The notes beneath the pieces were generated by a model. The model ran no database searches and had not been told where the DNA came from. It saw only the letters and a list, made by a program, of their open reading frames with translations. A stretch of DNA of 64,000 nt from Eledone cirrhosa (taxonomy: Eukaryota), in NCBI GenBank assembly GCA_964016885.1, contig CAXHJY010000834.1:186001-250000 (forward strand), written 5' to 3'. The position numbers were made by a program, and so were the translations under genes. Positions 1 through 11,560 of the stretch are shown here, piece after piece. Numbering within the stretch: the first letter of the stretch is position 1; every line of letters begins with the position of its first letter.

Positions 1-119
1 CTGACTAGATGACTGCATTGTACCTTGCTCATAAGCAGATCTGTATTTGGGAGCTAGGTGGACCCATTATGAGGAGGGTCTGACCAGTTAGCTGTGTCGA
101 ATCGTGCTCATAGCGGAAA

Positions 120-545
120 CTGTGTTTTGGCTGGGATTCTTACAGCTGCTGGATGCCTTTCCTAACACAAATCATGTTTACAGTGTGGAACCATCATGGA
201 AGAGGTCTGGCCAGTTGGCTTTGCTGTACCTTTTTTATAGCAAGACCATATTTTGGCTGGGTTTTTACAACTGCTGGATGCCCTGCCTAATCACAAACCC
301 CGTTTATGGTGTGGTCTGGACTGGGTTGTTGGCTGGGGTCTTCTGTCGTACGTCATAGCGCCAGAGGCCACTGTCTGTGTCATCTCCATCAGGAGGTTCA
401 GCTGTGCCAGGTCAGCCTTTATATAGCCATACACTATGGATTTCTGTTTAACTGAATGACTTGTCCAAGGTACCATGATGTGAGATCAAACCTAAAACCC
501 AGTGGTTCAGAAGAAAACTTCTTAACCATATAGCCATGCTTGCAC
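120..545 (-). mobile_element. Decayed tRNA-derived SINE with duplicated RTE-type 3' segment
   Basis: On the minus strand, 545-460 reads like a tRNA head (TGGCTATATGGTTAAG...GGTTTGATCTC) followed by ACCTTGGACAAGTC. The motif GTTAGGAA(A/G)GGCATCCAGC..GTA(G/A)AA occurs twice (~250-295, ~125-170) and is shared with 6415-6450, 8180-8210 and 8407-8440. Confidence 0.6.
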
Positions 546-1084
546 CTATTACACTAAAATAACAGGTTAAAACAATGTAACAGCACAATCTACTATACAC
601 CATATGTTCTGATGACAGAACAAGATGTTGGGAAGGATCAGTTACAGTGGATTTCATACTATTAACCCAAGTTTTTTAAGGTTTTAAAAAAACATGTTAT
701 AGAATAAATTTCAGTGGCTCATTCTAATATATTGTATTTATATGGAAAATAAACAAGAGAGAAAACAATGATTATTAAATGAAGAAAAAAAAGTAGGGTG
801 GGAGAGAACATGGACACTCAATCACACTCCACAAGGTGCATTGGAGCCTTCCTCTAATAATTTTTGAGACAAGCCAACACACTTGGCAGTATTACTGCTG
901 GTGATAACAAAGCTAAAGTGCTGAAATAACCATGCACTAACCATCTGATATGTTGGTAAGGCGAACAGCTAACGATGACAAGAACTTCACTCTCAGTGCC
1001 CCAGCTTTCCCCAAACTTATTGTATGCTAGGCTGGAAAAAATAGTTTGCCAAAAATTCCTGGTATTTTAGAATTTATTTCCATT

Positions 1085-1670
1085 TTAACCATTTTGATAT
1101 CAACCTAAGAAAAACCAGCTCTAGTTCTATGAAACAAAAATACCTATTTTAAAGGGTTCCTATTTAAATTAAAACATTCCAATATAATTTTATATAAGAA
1201 CCATATATTAAGTTATTAGCTGAGTAATAAAATAATTAATTTTAATAAATCTTTCAAAATTTCATTAATTAATTGAAATAGAGGGCAGTATCGGTAGAGG
1301 GTCGGACGCCATGCTTTGACGCATAGAGTTACGGCCCTTTCCAATCTGAGTTCAAATCCTGCCGAGGTTAACTTTGCCTTCATTCTTACGGGGTTGATAA
1401 AATAAAGTACCAGTAATGCACTGGGTAATTGCTGGCCTTGTGCCAAAAGTAGAAACAATTAATTAATTGAAATAGAGTGTATTTCAATGGAAATACAACA
1501 ATGAGGATTAACGTTTTTGATACCAACCTGGCTCTGGTTTTATGAAACAGAATCCTCCATTTTAAAGAGTTCCTATTTAAATTAAAATGTTACAGCATAA
1601 TTTTCTTTAAGAACTATCCGTTAAGTTACTATCATAGTAATGAAATAATTAATAATTTTAATAAAACTCT
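1085..1670. mobile_element. Two tandem copies of a TTAA-bounded MITE-like repeat; the second is truncated
   Basis: 1085-1250 and 1508-1668 align (TTTGATA.CAACC...TATGAAACA...GTTCCTATTTAAATTAAAA...AATTTTAATAAA). Both begin at TTAA, and the first ends at the TTAA (1508-1511) where the second starts. Confidence 0.5.
1284..1457 (+). mobile_element. SINE family A copy, slightly 5'-truncated, with 20-bp TSD
   Basis: B-box-like GAGTTCAAATCC, core TTGCCTT..CAT.CTTACGGGGT.GATAAAATAAAGTACCAGT and tail GGCCTTGTGCCAAAAGTAGAAAC. Direct repeat ATTAATTAATTGAAATAGAG at 1264-1283 and 1458-1477. Confidence 0.85.
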
Positions 1671-1843
1671 AAGAATGAAGCCTGTCATAGGATCTGAATA
1701 ACTAACCTTTGCTTTACCTAAGAAAATGGCCATAAAATGCTTGTTGTTATATGTATATATATGATGATGGAAGGCAGTTATAATAAAGAAGACATATTAA
1801 AGATAAACAAACATTACTAAATAATATCAACTGTTTTTTAACT

Positions 1844-1849
1844 TTTATT
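1844..1849 (-). promoter_or_regulatory. Candidate polyadenylation signal of the zinc-finger gene
   Basis: AATAAA on the minus strand about 50 nt after the stop codon; AT-rich context makes a chance match plausible. Confidence 0.25.
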
Positions 1850-1895
1850 GTTTTCATTGTAATTTTTCAAATGGTTTAGGAAAAATGAAATTGTG

Positions 1896-3869
1896 TCAAA
1901 GGTCCTGTCCTGAATTTGTTGTAATTATTGGAGTTGATGTTGTGAAGATCTGTGCCGCAGCAGAAGGGTGCATTTGTAGAGTGGGAATCACCTGAGCATT
2001 TGACGGGTACATCTGGATTGTAGGGAACACCTGTGTTGATGGGAAAATCTGAGCTGCCATTGTGTAGAGATCAGAATCAGGTAGTGTCATGTGTTGAGCA
2101 ATCTGTGCTTGAGAGGGAAGTGTTGTCTGTGTATCAAGACTAAGATTTATCTGTTGTGGCTGGGCTGGGGCTGATTGTGTCAGGGGAACACCTGTCGCTA
2201 TAGTAACAGTCTGAGGGTGGGGTTGAACTTGTTGTTGGCCAGCCTGGATGTTAAATAACTGGAGATCTTCTGCTTTCACAATGTTAATAGTGGGTAATGA
2301 AGCTGCATTCTCCAGCAGCTGTGGTTGAGCAGTTGAGTCTGCATCTTTTTTCGCTTGCAGTTCAGGGTGTTCTTCGAAAATATTTTCTGTCTGTTGTTGT
2401 TTCATTGGAACACAGCTTAATTTGCGTTCTCCTTTGTTTGCCTTTTTGTGCCTCTCCAAGTGATCATTGCGGGCAAATGCATATCCACACCTTTCACACT
2501 TGTAAGGCCGTTCACCAGAATGGATTTTACTATGTACCTTCAAATGTGACCTCTGAGAAAAAGACTTTTGACAGAGGTCACACTGAAACAACTTTTCACT
2601 GAGATGTGTCTGTTTGTGTCGTTTTAATTTACTATTGGTTGAAAATGCTTTGCTGCACATACTGCAGACAAATGGAAGCACTGCATTGTGGATGTGCTTG
2701 TGTAAATTGCTATGTGAACGCTGGGAGAATGCTTTCCAGCAGACATCGCAGCCAAGTGGATTCTCTTCATTCTTCAGCTTACCATTCTGAGAAATGGTCT
2801 CCTTGTAATCAAACATGTTTGACAATGAAACATTGTCAGTTGACTGTTTTGCACTGGAGTGCATCCGCTGGTTGTGCATCTTTAAATGCGAGCGCTGACT
2901 GAAAGACTTTCCACATGCTTTGCAATCGAATGGCTTCAACGCTTTGTGTATCCGCTCATGCACACTTACATCTTTATGCTGGGTGAAAGCTTTCCAGCAG
3001 TCCTTACAATCAAATGGATTAGATCCATTGAGTTCGTATGCTGAGATCCATTGGTTGGTGTTGACATCAGAGCACCCACTATTGAGTCCTTCAGTTAAGG
3101 GAACAGTCAAAGGGTTGTCATCAGGTTGAGAGGTGGTCAATGTGTTGTGGATTTTCATGTGTCGGGAAAGATTACTGTTTCTAGAGAATGTGTGTCCACA
3201 TATGTTACACCTGTAGGGATAGACACCTGTATGAATGATCTCATGTTCCTTGAGAAGGAACTTCTGTGGAAAGTCCTTCCCACACACATCACAGGTAAAC
3301 TTCCCAGAGTTATTGTCAGTTATTTCAGTTTCTTCTTTTATCATAACAACAGATGCTGGAGACTCACTGGCAGTAAGACCCTGAGATTGTTGTAGTACAG
3401 TTGTCAGTAGCACTTGTTGCTGTTGTTGAAGCAGTTGTTCTTGCTGATGTCGCAGTTGTAATTGTTGTTGCTGCTGCTGCACTTCATCCAGCAACTGTTG
3501 TTTTTGTTGTAGTTGAAGTTGCAGTTGCTCCTCTTCTTGTTTTTGCTGTTGAAGCTGAATTTCAAGTTCTTGTTGTTGCTGTTGTTGTTGTAACTGCTGC
3601 TGCAATTGCTGTTGTTCTTGATCTGGTTGAGGTTGTTGTAACACGAGAATTTGTTGTGGTTGTGTTTGCTGCTGCTGTTGTTGTTGTTGCAGCAGAAAGG
3701 TTGGCTGCATATTAGGGTGGTGCATGTTGCTGTGTTTCTCCAAGGACTCATACTCACTGAAGGTCTGTGCACACAGATTGCAGTAGTACGTAGCCTCCAG
3801 CTTTGTAAGTGCATCTGCAAGCAACACAATGGGAACACCTTCATTTGACACTTGGATAACTTGATTCAT
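1896..3869 (-). CDS. PolyQ-containing C2H2 zinc-finger transcription factor (657 aa, about 9 fingers, uninterrupted ORF)
   Basis: Repeated CxxC-x12-HxxxH units with HTGVYPY/HSGERPY linkers, arranged 1+2+2+4; the last finger lacks the canonical second His. There is a long Gln-rich tract near the N-terminus and a Q/P/T-rich C-terminus. An in-frame TAA at 3924-3926 lies upstream of the ATG. Confidence 0.95.
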   Translation of the reverse strand: MNQVIQVSNEGVPIVLLADALTKLEATYYCNLCAQTFSEYESLEKHSNMHHPNMQPTFLLQQQQQQQQTQPQQILVLQQPQPDQEQQQLQQQLQQQQQQQELEIQLQQQKQEEEQLQLQLQQKQQLLDEVQQQQQQLQLRHQQEQLLQQQQQVLLTTVLQQSQGLTASESPASVVMIKEETEITDNNSGKFTCDVCGKDFPQKFLLKEHEIIHTGVYPYRCNICGHTFSRNSNLSRHMKIHNTLTTSQPDDNPLTVPLTEGLNSGCSDVNTNQWISAYELNGSNPFDCKDCWKAFTQHKDVSVHERIHKALKPFDCKACGKSFSQRSHLKMHNQRMHSSAKQSTDNVSLSNMFDYKETISQNGKLKNEENPLGCDVCWKAFSQRSHSNLHKHIHNAVLPFVCSMCSKAFSTNSKLKRHKQTHLSEKLFQCDLCQKSFSQRSHLKVHSKIHSGERPYKCERCGYAFARNDHLERHKKANKGERKLSCVPMKQQQTENIFEEHPELQAKKDADSTAQPQLLENAASLPTINIVKAEDLQLFNIQAGQQQVQPHPQTVTIATGVPLTQSAPAQPQQINLSLDTQTTLPSQAQIAQHMTLPDSDLYTMAAQIFPSTQVFPTIQMYPSNAQVIPTLQMHPSAAAQIFTTSTPIITTNSGQDL

Positions 3870-4047
3870 CCCTGCTGTTGTTTGATATTGATGTTCTTGC
3901 TGTTGATGTTGATGTTGTTCTTGTTACTGCTGCTGTTGCTGTTGTTCCTAATGTTATTATTAATGTTAATGATGATGATATTATTACTGGTGGTATTATT
4001 GATATTTTTTGTTGTTGTTGATTTTGTTTTCGACACTTGGTAAAAAA

Positions 4048-4149
4048 ACTGATGTTATACTTATTAATGTGTAATGTTGTTACTGATGTTATACTTATTA
4101 ATGTGTAATGTTGTTGTTACTGATGTTATACTTATTAATGTGTAATGTT
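4048..4149. repeat. Minisatellite, 34-37 bp unit, 3 copies
   Basis: ACTGATGTTATACTTATTAATGTGTAATGTTGTT repeated three times. Confidence 0.9.
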
Positions 4150-4280
4150 TGTTGTTGTTATCATTATTATCTTCTTTACATCGACTCTCCACATTGGCAT
4201 GGGTTGGACAAGTTATTCAATCACTAATGCTGCTCTTGTAATTATTGCTATTCCTATTTAATTACAGGTTATCAAAGGGC

Positions 4281-4972
4281 TAGTAGTGATTGATATGTAG
4301 TTATAGGTGATCAATAGTAGTGATTGATATGTAGTTATAGGTGATCAATAGTAGTGATTGATATGTAGTTATAGGTGATCAATAGTAGTGATTGATATGT
4401 AGTTATAGGTGATCAATAGTAGTGATTGATATGTAGTTATAGGTGATCAATAGTAGTGATTGATATGCAGTTATAGGTGATCAATAGTAGTGATTGATAT
4501 GCAGTTATAGATGATCAATAGTAGTGATTGATATGTAGTTATAGGTGATCAATAGTAGTGATTGATATGCAGTTATAGATGATCAATAGTAGTGATTAAT
4601 ATGTAGTTATAGGTGATCAATAGAAATGATTGATATGTAGTTATAGGTGATCAATGGCAGTGATTGATATGTAGTTATAGATGATCAATATGGTGTTATT
4701 GATATAAAGTTATAGGTGATCAATGGCAGTGATTGATATGTAGTTATAGATGTCAATACGGTGTTATTGATATAAAGTAATAGTTGATCAATCAGTTGTT
4801 ATTGATATGTAGCTATAGGTGATCAATGATCAATGGCAGTAACTGATATCTAGTTATAGGTGATCAATGGTAATGATTGATATGTAGTTATAGATGATCA
4901 ATAGGCAGTTATTGATATGTATCTATAGGTGATCAATAGGTTGTTATTGATATGGAGTTACAGGTGATCAAT
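4281..4972. repeat. Minisatellite, 34-bp unit, about 20 copies
   Basis: TAGTAGTGATTGATATGTAGTTATAGGTGATCAA in tandem, homogeneous on the left and degenerating to the right. Confidence 0.95.
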
Positions 4973-5459
4973 CGATAGGTTTGTTCCGTTTTCATTTCAG
5001 ATTTGAAAGTCCTAGAAATACAAAATAAATAATTCAATATCAGACCATTGTCATCAGATATCGTTGTCAACAGAGAATATAATAACATGTGGGGATATAT
5101 ATATAGTATATATTATATATAGCATATATATATATTATATATAATATATATTATATATACTAGTGTTTTACAGAGGAAATATGTAATATTTGGTTTCTAC
5201 ACTAACACACATGAGTCTGTGTCTGTATTTACGTTTATAACATGTGCTGAACAACCAGTTTTGTTTGTCTGTCTCGTAACTGTTATTAATCTCATATATA
5301 CATATATATATGTATGTATATAGTTGCTAGTTGCTGTGTTGTTTATCTGTAAATGTTGCATAATGACTTCTCATTGATAAATGGGTTTTAATTAATAACA
5401 ACTTCAGAAGTTAAAAAAGATCCCCAATGAAAAAATAGGTATGTATATAGTGTGTATAT

Positions 5460-5858
5460 ATCATCATCATCATTTTATGTATGTTTTTCCCTGCTTACAA
5501 GGGCGGGACAGGTCCTATTCAGCACAGCATCTCTCCACTTGTCACGGTCCTTTGTCATCTCAACCGTGAGCTTCAGCGATCTGAGGTCCACTCTCACCAC
5601 CTTCGCCCATGTGGTCTTCCTCTACTACGTCTTCTTTCAACTGGCATTTCTTCACCCATCGGTCATCCTCCATGCGCATCACATGTGCATACCATCACAG
5701 TCTCCTCTCTCGCACACAATTTATCCCTCTCAGACACAGTTTCTTTCTCAACACATCCATGCTCGGCCGTTCCATTGACATTGCACATCCAACGGAGCAT
5801 GCTTGCCTCATTTCTCTCCAGCCATCGCATATCCTCTGCAGTTGCAGCCCATGTCTCA
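5460..5858 (-). mobile_element. RTE-clade LINE 3' fragment with (TGA)n tail
   Basis: Minus-strand translation gives ERNEASMLRWMCNV, WYAHVMRMEDDRWVKKC and TWAKVVRVDL, typical of the RTE ORF C-terminus; ends in AAAATGATGATGATGA. Confidence 0.8.
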
Positions 5859-5884
5859 TATATATATATATATTATATATATAA

Positions 5885-6573
5885 GAGGGATCAGATGCTG
5901 TTATATATATATATATGAGGGATCAGATGCTGTTTACTTGAGAGAAGACTACGTTGGTATGGTCACGTGATGCGCATGAAAGACGACAGCTGTATAAAAA
6001 AGTACCGGGCGATCAAAATTGATGGAAGTTACGGAGTAGGTAGACCCAGAAAAACCTGGAACGATTTGATAAATTCCGACCTTACACACTTTCACCTCTC
6101 TAAGACAATGTCACTGGACCGAGATCTTTGGTGCCACGCAGTAATACAGAAGGCTCGCCTTGCCTATGTACAAAACAAAACCTAGTCAGTAGGCAGCTCT
6201 TAACCAAATATACACTCCAACCCACTACCCCTACTCCATCCTCCCACTCTCACCAACACCAACCTCTCTCTGTAAAGTTATGTTGGTACCACAACATCCA
6301 GTCCAAACTAATGAGGTTGTGTAGTTGTCACAACCCAAAAAAACACACAGTCAATGCTGTAATGTGGCCATGTAGGTAACACGGTAAAAAGCTCCCAGTC
6401 CACACTGTAAATGTGGTTGGTGTTAGGAAGGGCATCCAGCCGTAGAAAACCTGCCAGATAGTCCTATACGAGCGAGACATGGTCACCTGACCAATTTTGC
6501 CTCAAGTGGGACAATTCCCGTCTAACCCATGCTAGCGTGGAAGATAGATGTTAAACAATGATGATGATGATGA
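5885..6573 (+). mobile_element. RTE-clade LINE 3' fragment with 3' UTR and (ATG)n tail
   Basis: RRLRWYGHVMRMKDDSCIKK...GRPRKTW...DRDLW; the 3' segment GGTGTTAGGAAGGGCATCCAGCCGTAGAAAAC...CCCATGCTAGCGTGGAAG ends in ATGATGATG. Confidence 0.8.
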
Positions 6574-6705
6574 TATGTATACTGAATATATATATATATC
6601 TGCAAAATGGCTCACTGAATAGACGTGTTTTTTTTCTTATTTTTTCCCTTCCCATTCCTTCTTCTCATTCTTTATTTTTCTATTTCATCTTTTTTTCTAA
6701 TTCTA

Positions 6706-6741
6706 TCTTCTGATGAAGGATTAGTGTCCAAAACATTAAGA
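6706..6741 (+). ncRNA. Decayed minimal hammerhead-ribozyme-like motif (Penelope-type remnant)
   Basis: TCTT-CTGATGA-AGGA(ttagtg)TCC-AAAAC-ATT-AAGA. Stems I and II are present; the expected CGAAACGTT reads CAAAACATT, consistent with CpG decay. Confidence 0.5.
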
Positions 6742-6891
6742 CTCTTTCCCTGTTATTTCAAGCATTAAACTAATATATTTCTTCAATGTACTGTGTCGTT
6801 CGCTTTGTTACTTCCATTTAATTGTTACATACATAAACACACAAACATATATATATAAGAACTTTGGTAAAGTTTATATACATTTTTTTTT

Positions 6892-7142
6892 CAAACTTGC
6901 ATTTTAGACTTAGCCCCGTTTAATTGATTATTTGTCTAGTTAATTTCTACTGGCTAAGCAGAAAGACTAGGTAAATTTTATCTGACTGTTCCTCACAGCG
7001 GACAGTCTGTGACATTTATCTGTTATTTCTTCAAAGTTACATTTTAAACTTAGCTCCGTTTAAATGATTATTTATCTAGTTAATTTCTACAGACTAAGGG
7101 GAAGAAAAATTGGATATATTTTGTCTGACTGTTCTTCAAACT
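6892..7142. repeat. Diverged tandem duplication, unit about 140 bp
   Basis: CATTTTA.ACTTAGC.CCGTTTAA.TGATTATTT.TCTAGTTAATTTCTAC occurs at ~6900 and ~7040. Confidence 0.8.
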
Positions 7143-7169
7143 TATAACTTTATATATATATATACAGTT

Positions 7170-7350
7170 TGAGGGAAGCCAACTTCCAAGTCAAAATTCT
7201 TGCTGTAGAGGTTGAAGCCAGAGGCATTGTGAGCAATTCTGTCTACAATCTTACAAAACAACATTTAGTCTTTGGGAAGACCATGGCCAAAGCCCTAAAG
7301 GCAATATCAGAGGTAACGGAAACAAGTTCTAGCTGGATGAGGTGAGAAGG
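7170..7350 (+). mobile_element. RLE-type LINE C-terminal fragment (HERO/NeSL-like)
   Basis: Translates as VEVEARGIVSNSVYNL...KALKAISEVTETSSSW, resembling the VEVG.RG...AE..S.W end of restriction-like-endonuclease LINE ORFs. Confidence 0.55.
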
Positions 7351-7489
7351 AACAAAAACATCATCCACCATCATCAACTGCTACAAGGGCAAAGGCACTA
7401 GACAGAGGAAACTGCTGAGGCATCAAATTAATGAAAGTTACAGAAAGAGTCATTGTACAACTGGTTAGGGATTGAATTAACCTAGATGA

Positions 7490-8331
7490 GATGCACTCTG
7501 GATTTGTGCCAGGTAAAGTACGATGGATGTCTTCTTTGTGAGGCAACTGCAGGAGAAGTACCTAGCTAAAAGTAAACACCTCTACGTAGCATTTTTTGAT
7601 CTGGCAAACGCTTTGACAGTGTTCTCCAGGCTATAACATGAGTTTCAAACAGGATGCCTTGGGAATGCTCATAGCTGAATCTATGGCAGAACTGGAGAAA
7701 TTTCCTGACCTGGAAGCATAACTTGGAATCAAAAGGTCATAAAGTCAACTTGGCAAAGACTAAAGTCCGAGTAAGTAGAAAGGAAAACAAGATCCCTTCA
7801 TGGAAATGAACATGCTCAGTGTATAGGATATGGATGAGTAGAAATTCCATCCTCTGTCCCAAATACAAACTATGTGAACACAAGAGATGTAGCAGGATCT
7901 CACCCTAGACTTACCTCTCCAATCCCCACTCTCACTTTTCACATTTGAGGCACCTCTCTTGACCAACTTATGTATACAAGCATGGAAAGATGAACATGCT
8001 CTCCCACAATGCTGCTGAAATGGCTAAAGCTCCCAGATAGTCATGCTGCTGGTACAACAAAAGCTCCTAATCCACCATGTAAGGTGCTCATGTGTCACTA
8101 CAAAAAGCACCCAGTCCACACTGCAAAGTGGTTGTGTAGGCATCATGACAAACGGTACCCAGTACTCGCTACAAATGAGGTTGGTGTTAGGAAGGGCATC
8201 CAGCTGTAAAATCCAAGCCAATATCAGTTCTGTATGGTCACCTGACCTTGCATTACCCACAACAGGACAACTAGTCTAACCCATGCTAGCGTGGAAGAAT
8301 AGATGTAAAATGGTGATGATGATATATGTAT

Positions 8332-8363
<32 letters not shown>

Positions 8364-8518
8364 TATGCTGGTACCACAAAACATTCAGGCCACACTGTAA
8401 ATGTAGTTGGCGTTAGGAAGGGCATCCAACCGTAGAAAACCAGCCCAAAACTCCTAAAACCCGTCCAAACCCATGCAAGCGTGGAAGATGGACGTTAAAC
8501 GATGATGATGATGATGAC
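7490..8518 (+). mobile_element. Fragmented RTE LINE: RT remnants plus two RTE/SINE-type 3' tails
   Basis: GFVPGK and RQLQEKYLAKSKHLYVAFFDLANA(FD) RT motifs at 7500-7620, HKVNLAKTKV at ~7740, and 3' tails ending in GATGATGAT at ~8322 and ~8517. Confidence 0.7.
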
Positions 8519-8974
8519 ACGGTCTTCATGTATATTATGTTATATAACGTATGCATTCATAAATAAATATAAACTGGCAACAGTGGTGTTGATAATTATT
8601 CTGATCACTTATAAAAACAGTTTGAATAAGTGATATGCCCGCCAAAACCCGCGTTAATAATATTCTAATTGTGTTCGTGTATGTGTACACATAGTCTTGT
8701 AAATATAATGCATGTCTATAATTGAAGATATATGAATATACATATACTGAGCATGTGTGTATATATAGATGAAATGGAATGTAAATTGGATGTTTAAATG
8801 ATAGAGGCTCCAGTCCTATCATGTTGTTACAGCTCACGTCTATGTGGGTTTAGCTCACTTCCTATCATGTTGTTACAGCTCACGTCTATGTAGGTTTAGC
8901 TCACTTCCTATGAGGTTGCATCTCATAGGAGGTTTCTTGGGTGTTTTAATAAAGGGCCGAGTTTTATCATTAAA

Positions 8975-9082
8975 GACAATGCGAAATGAAGCGCCGTGCA
9001 CAAAAACACAATTACACCGCCCAAGACCAGGAATTGAACTAACGAACGTTTAAGTTCGTGTGCCAAACACAACCACTAAGCC
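8975..9082 (-). mobile_element. Decayed tRNA-derived SINE head (family B)
   Basis: Minus strand GGCTTAGTGGTT (A box) and AGTTCAATTCC (B box); similar to 31801-31905. Confidence 0.55.
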
Positions 9083-9553
9083 GGTTACGTGAAGATATGT
9101 GTATATACAGTCTTCTATATATTATGAATAAACACAGAGATCTATGCATACACGAAGTTATATGCAAATAAATAATTTTCGTACATAAGATATATATATA
9201 TGTAAAGTATATATTATGTATATGTATTCCCGAAGATCTTTGTGTATATATATAGTCTTGTGTATATATAACGCATATTTATACAAGAAAATATCTATAT
9301 ACATATAGTCATGTATATAGAGTGCATGTGTATACATAATGACCCGTGCATATACATATGGTGTTGCATGCATGAATTAGTAAACTTACATTTATGCGTT
9401 GCTCTACATATAGTTACGTGTGTGTACGCCCGCTTACGTGTGTATGCGCGAACATGCATTCATAGGTGTGTGCGCGCATACATGCATGCATGTAAATTAT
9501 ATATAAATATATATGTGTACGTGTGAGTGTGTACATATTATATTTATATATAA

Positions 9554-9584
<31 letters not shown>

Positions 9585-9588
9585 ATAT

Positions 9589-9633
<45 letters not shown>

Positions 9634-10859
9634 CGCGCACGCGCATGTGGACATGGATCAGTAGTGGCTGAGACAAATTACACTCATTGCTTTAAGGTAA
9701 AGTTTTAGTGAAAAAGAATTGTAGTAAAAAATCACCTGCAGATCCGATTGTACAGTGTGCAGAGACCGACATGTTAAATGCAGTCAACATAGGGAGATAT
9801 TCATTAATTCAGAAACCCTGTAACAACATATGAGCTTTTCTTTTTAACAACAAAGAAGACGGTGTAGCCGGTTTTTATGCTCCTTTGTAATAAATACCCT
9901 TTTTTATGCTTGAAAAAATTTCCCCTCTTATTTTCTGTCATTTTTCAGATATTTTAATAATCTCACGTTTTAACAAGAATTCGTATAATCTATTAGTAAC
10001 TTTATGTTGGCAAATGACGATTTAGCAAGAAAGGTATAAAACAGATAATAATGTTGTCCCCTGGAATTTTCTCAAACCGCAACACTCTCCTACAAAATCT
10101 AGCCCTTTTGACCACTGAAGGTTTCTCTTGTCAAATGCACATATACTACATAACTAAGCTAACATCTTCAAAACCAGGTCTTTGGGACCAGAAAATGCTT
10201 CTGCTCCGGAAGAACTGTTGAGTCAATAGAAGTTGCCGAACAGTCTCCCTCGGAAAGTATTTAATAACGAATTGAGGTACAGTAAAATATGAAAAATAAA
10301 GGGATTTAGGTGGTATTGACTAGTCATCTTATTCTGAGAGGCTGACATCGTTGTACTTAATAAATAAATAAATAAATTATTATTTCGCCAAATAATTCGA
10401 TCTTTATATCGGTTAATAACATGTAGAATGGTGTGTTTAAAAAAGAGGAAACTTTTTTTAAAGGTGTGTGTGTGGGGGGGGGGGGGGGGGGGGGTTAGAC
10501 CTGTACACAGTGCCGGATATAAAACAACTGAGGCCCTGTGCTAGTTAAATTATGAGGCCCCTTGCTTTGAAAAATTAATTGTAAAAACTTTTGTTGGCAG
10601 GAAGATGCCAGTGAGCGATAATATATCTATTTGATCTATGATTGAAACATTTCAAAGCCATGAAGTGATGGGGGAGAGAGATCAATACCCTTCGTAGGAT
10701 TTCAAAGTGGCAGTGACCATCGTAGTAACAATAGAAGTGTCGGGAGAGAAGCCTAGCCTTGAGCCAATGTTTCTTCACTGTTGATAAGAGAACTAAACCC
10801 GCCGCCTAGCTTTGGTGCTCGTAGAGGCTTCAGAACACTCTGAGCGAGCATTATAATTC

Positions 10860-11041
10860 CGGATTGGCAGTATCGGTAGAGAGTCGGACGCCATGCTTTG
10901 AAGCATAGAGTTACGTCCCTTTATGATCTGAGTTCAAATCTCGCCGAGGTTAACTTTGCCTTTCATCCTTACGGGGGTCGATAAAATAAAGTACCAGTAA
11001 TGTACTGGGTAATTGCTGGCCTTGTGCCAAAAGTAGAAACA
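10860..11041 (+). mobile_element. SINE family A copy with 10-bp TSD
   Basis: Near-identical to 1284-1457; ATTATAATTC at 10850-10859 and 11042-11051. Confidence 0.85.
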
Positions 11042-11119
11042 ATTATAATTCGTAAGGAATATATTTCAGAATGTTTCTTTTAATAAACTCTATTTTCTAA
11101 ATCTGATCAATTCTCTAAG

Positions 11120-11560
11120 GGCTACTTACTTTCTGCGGGTGCAAGCCCTGGTTCAAGTCTATAATCCCTTAATTCCTGAGCCAGTTGAGTTATCCAGGGT
11201 TGATGGGAAAAAGCCAGATGGGCTTATTCTTTGCCTCTGGGTAATAGATAGACGTCTTATTTGGGATGTCATAGTTAGCAACTGTTGTGTTCCTTCCCAG
11301 ATCCTGGATGCTGTGGCGATGGTGAGAATCACTGCATCCGTGGCCAAACGGAATAAAATCCTAAAATACCAGGAATTATCGGCAAACTATATACATATTT
11401 TTTTAAATTTTAGACATGATTGGGAGCTGGGCTGCTGGCAACAAAGTTCTTGTCATTGTTGGCGGCTCGTGTTACCGACACATTGGGTGTTGCCTGCGTA
11501 AGGGTTTGATTATTTAAGCATCTTAGCTGTCACCCATAGCAATGCTATGAGTGTGTTGGC
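11120..11560 (+). mobile_element. CRE-like non-LTR retrotransposon, RLE-domain remnant
   Basis: EPVELSRVDGKKPDGLIL..W...LIWDV...ASVAKRNKILKY matches the EP..L.R.DGKRPDG...WDV...K..KY endonuclease signature; frameshifted downstream. Confidence 0.7.

Noticed and set aside
2297-4043. Plus-strand and alternate-frame ORFs over the zinc-finger gene
   Set aside because: They are shadow ORFs of the real CDS and its CAA/CAG repeats.
10508-10562. hAT-like transposon end CAGTGCCGGAT
   Set aside because: No partner terminus or TSD was found in the window.
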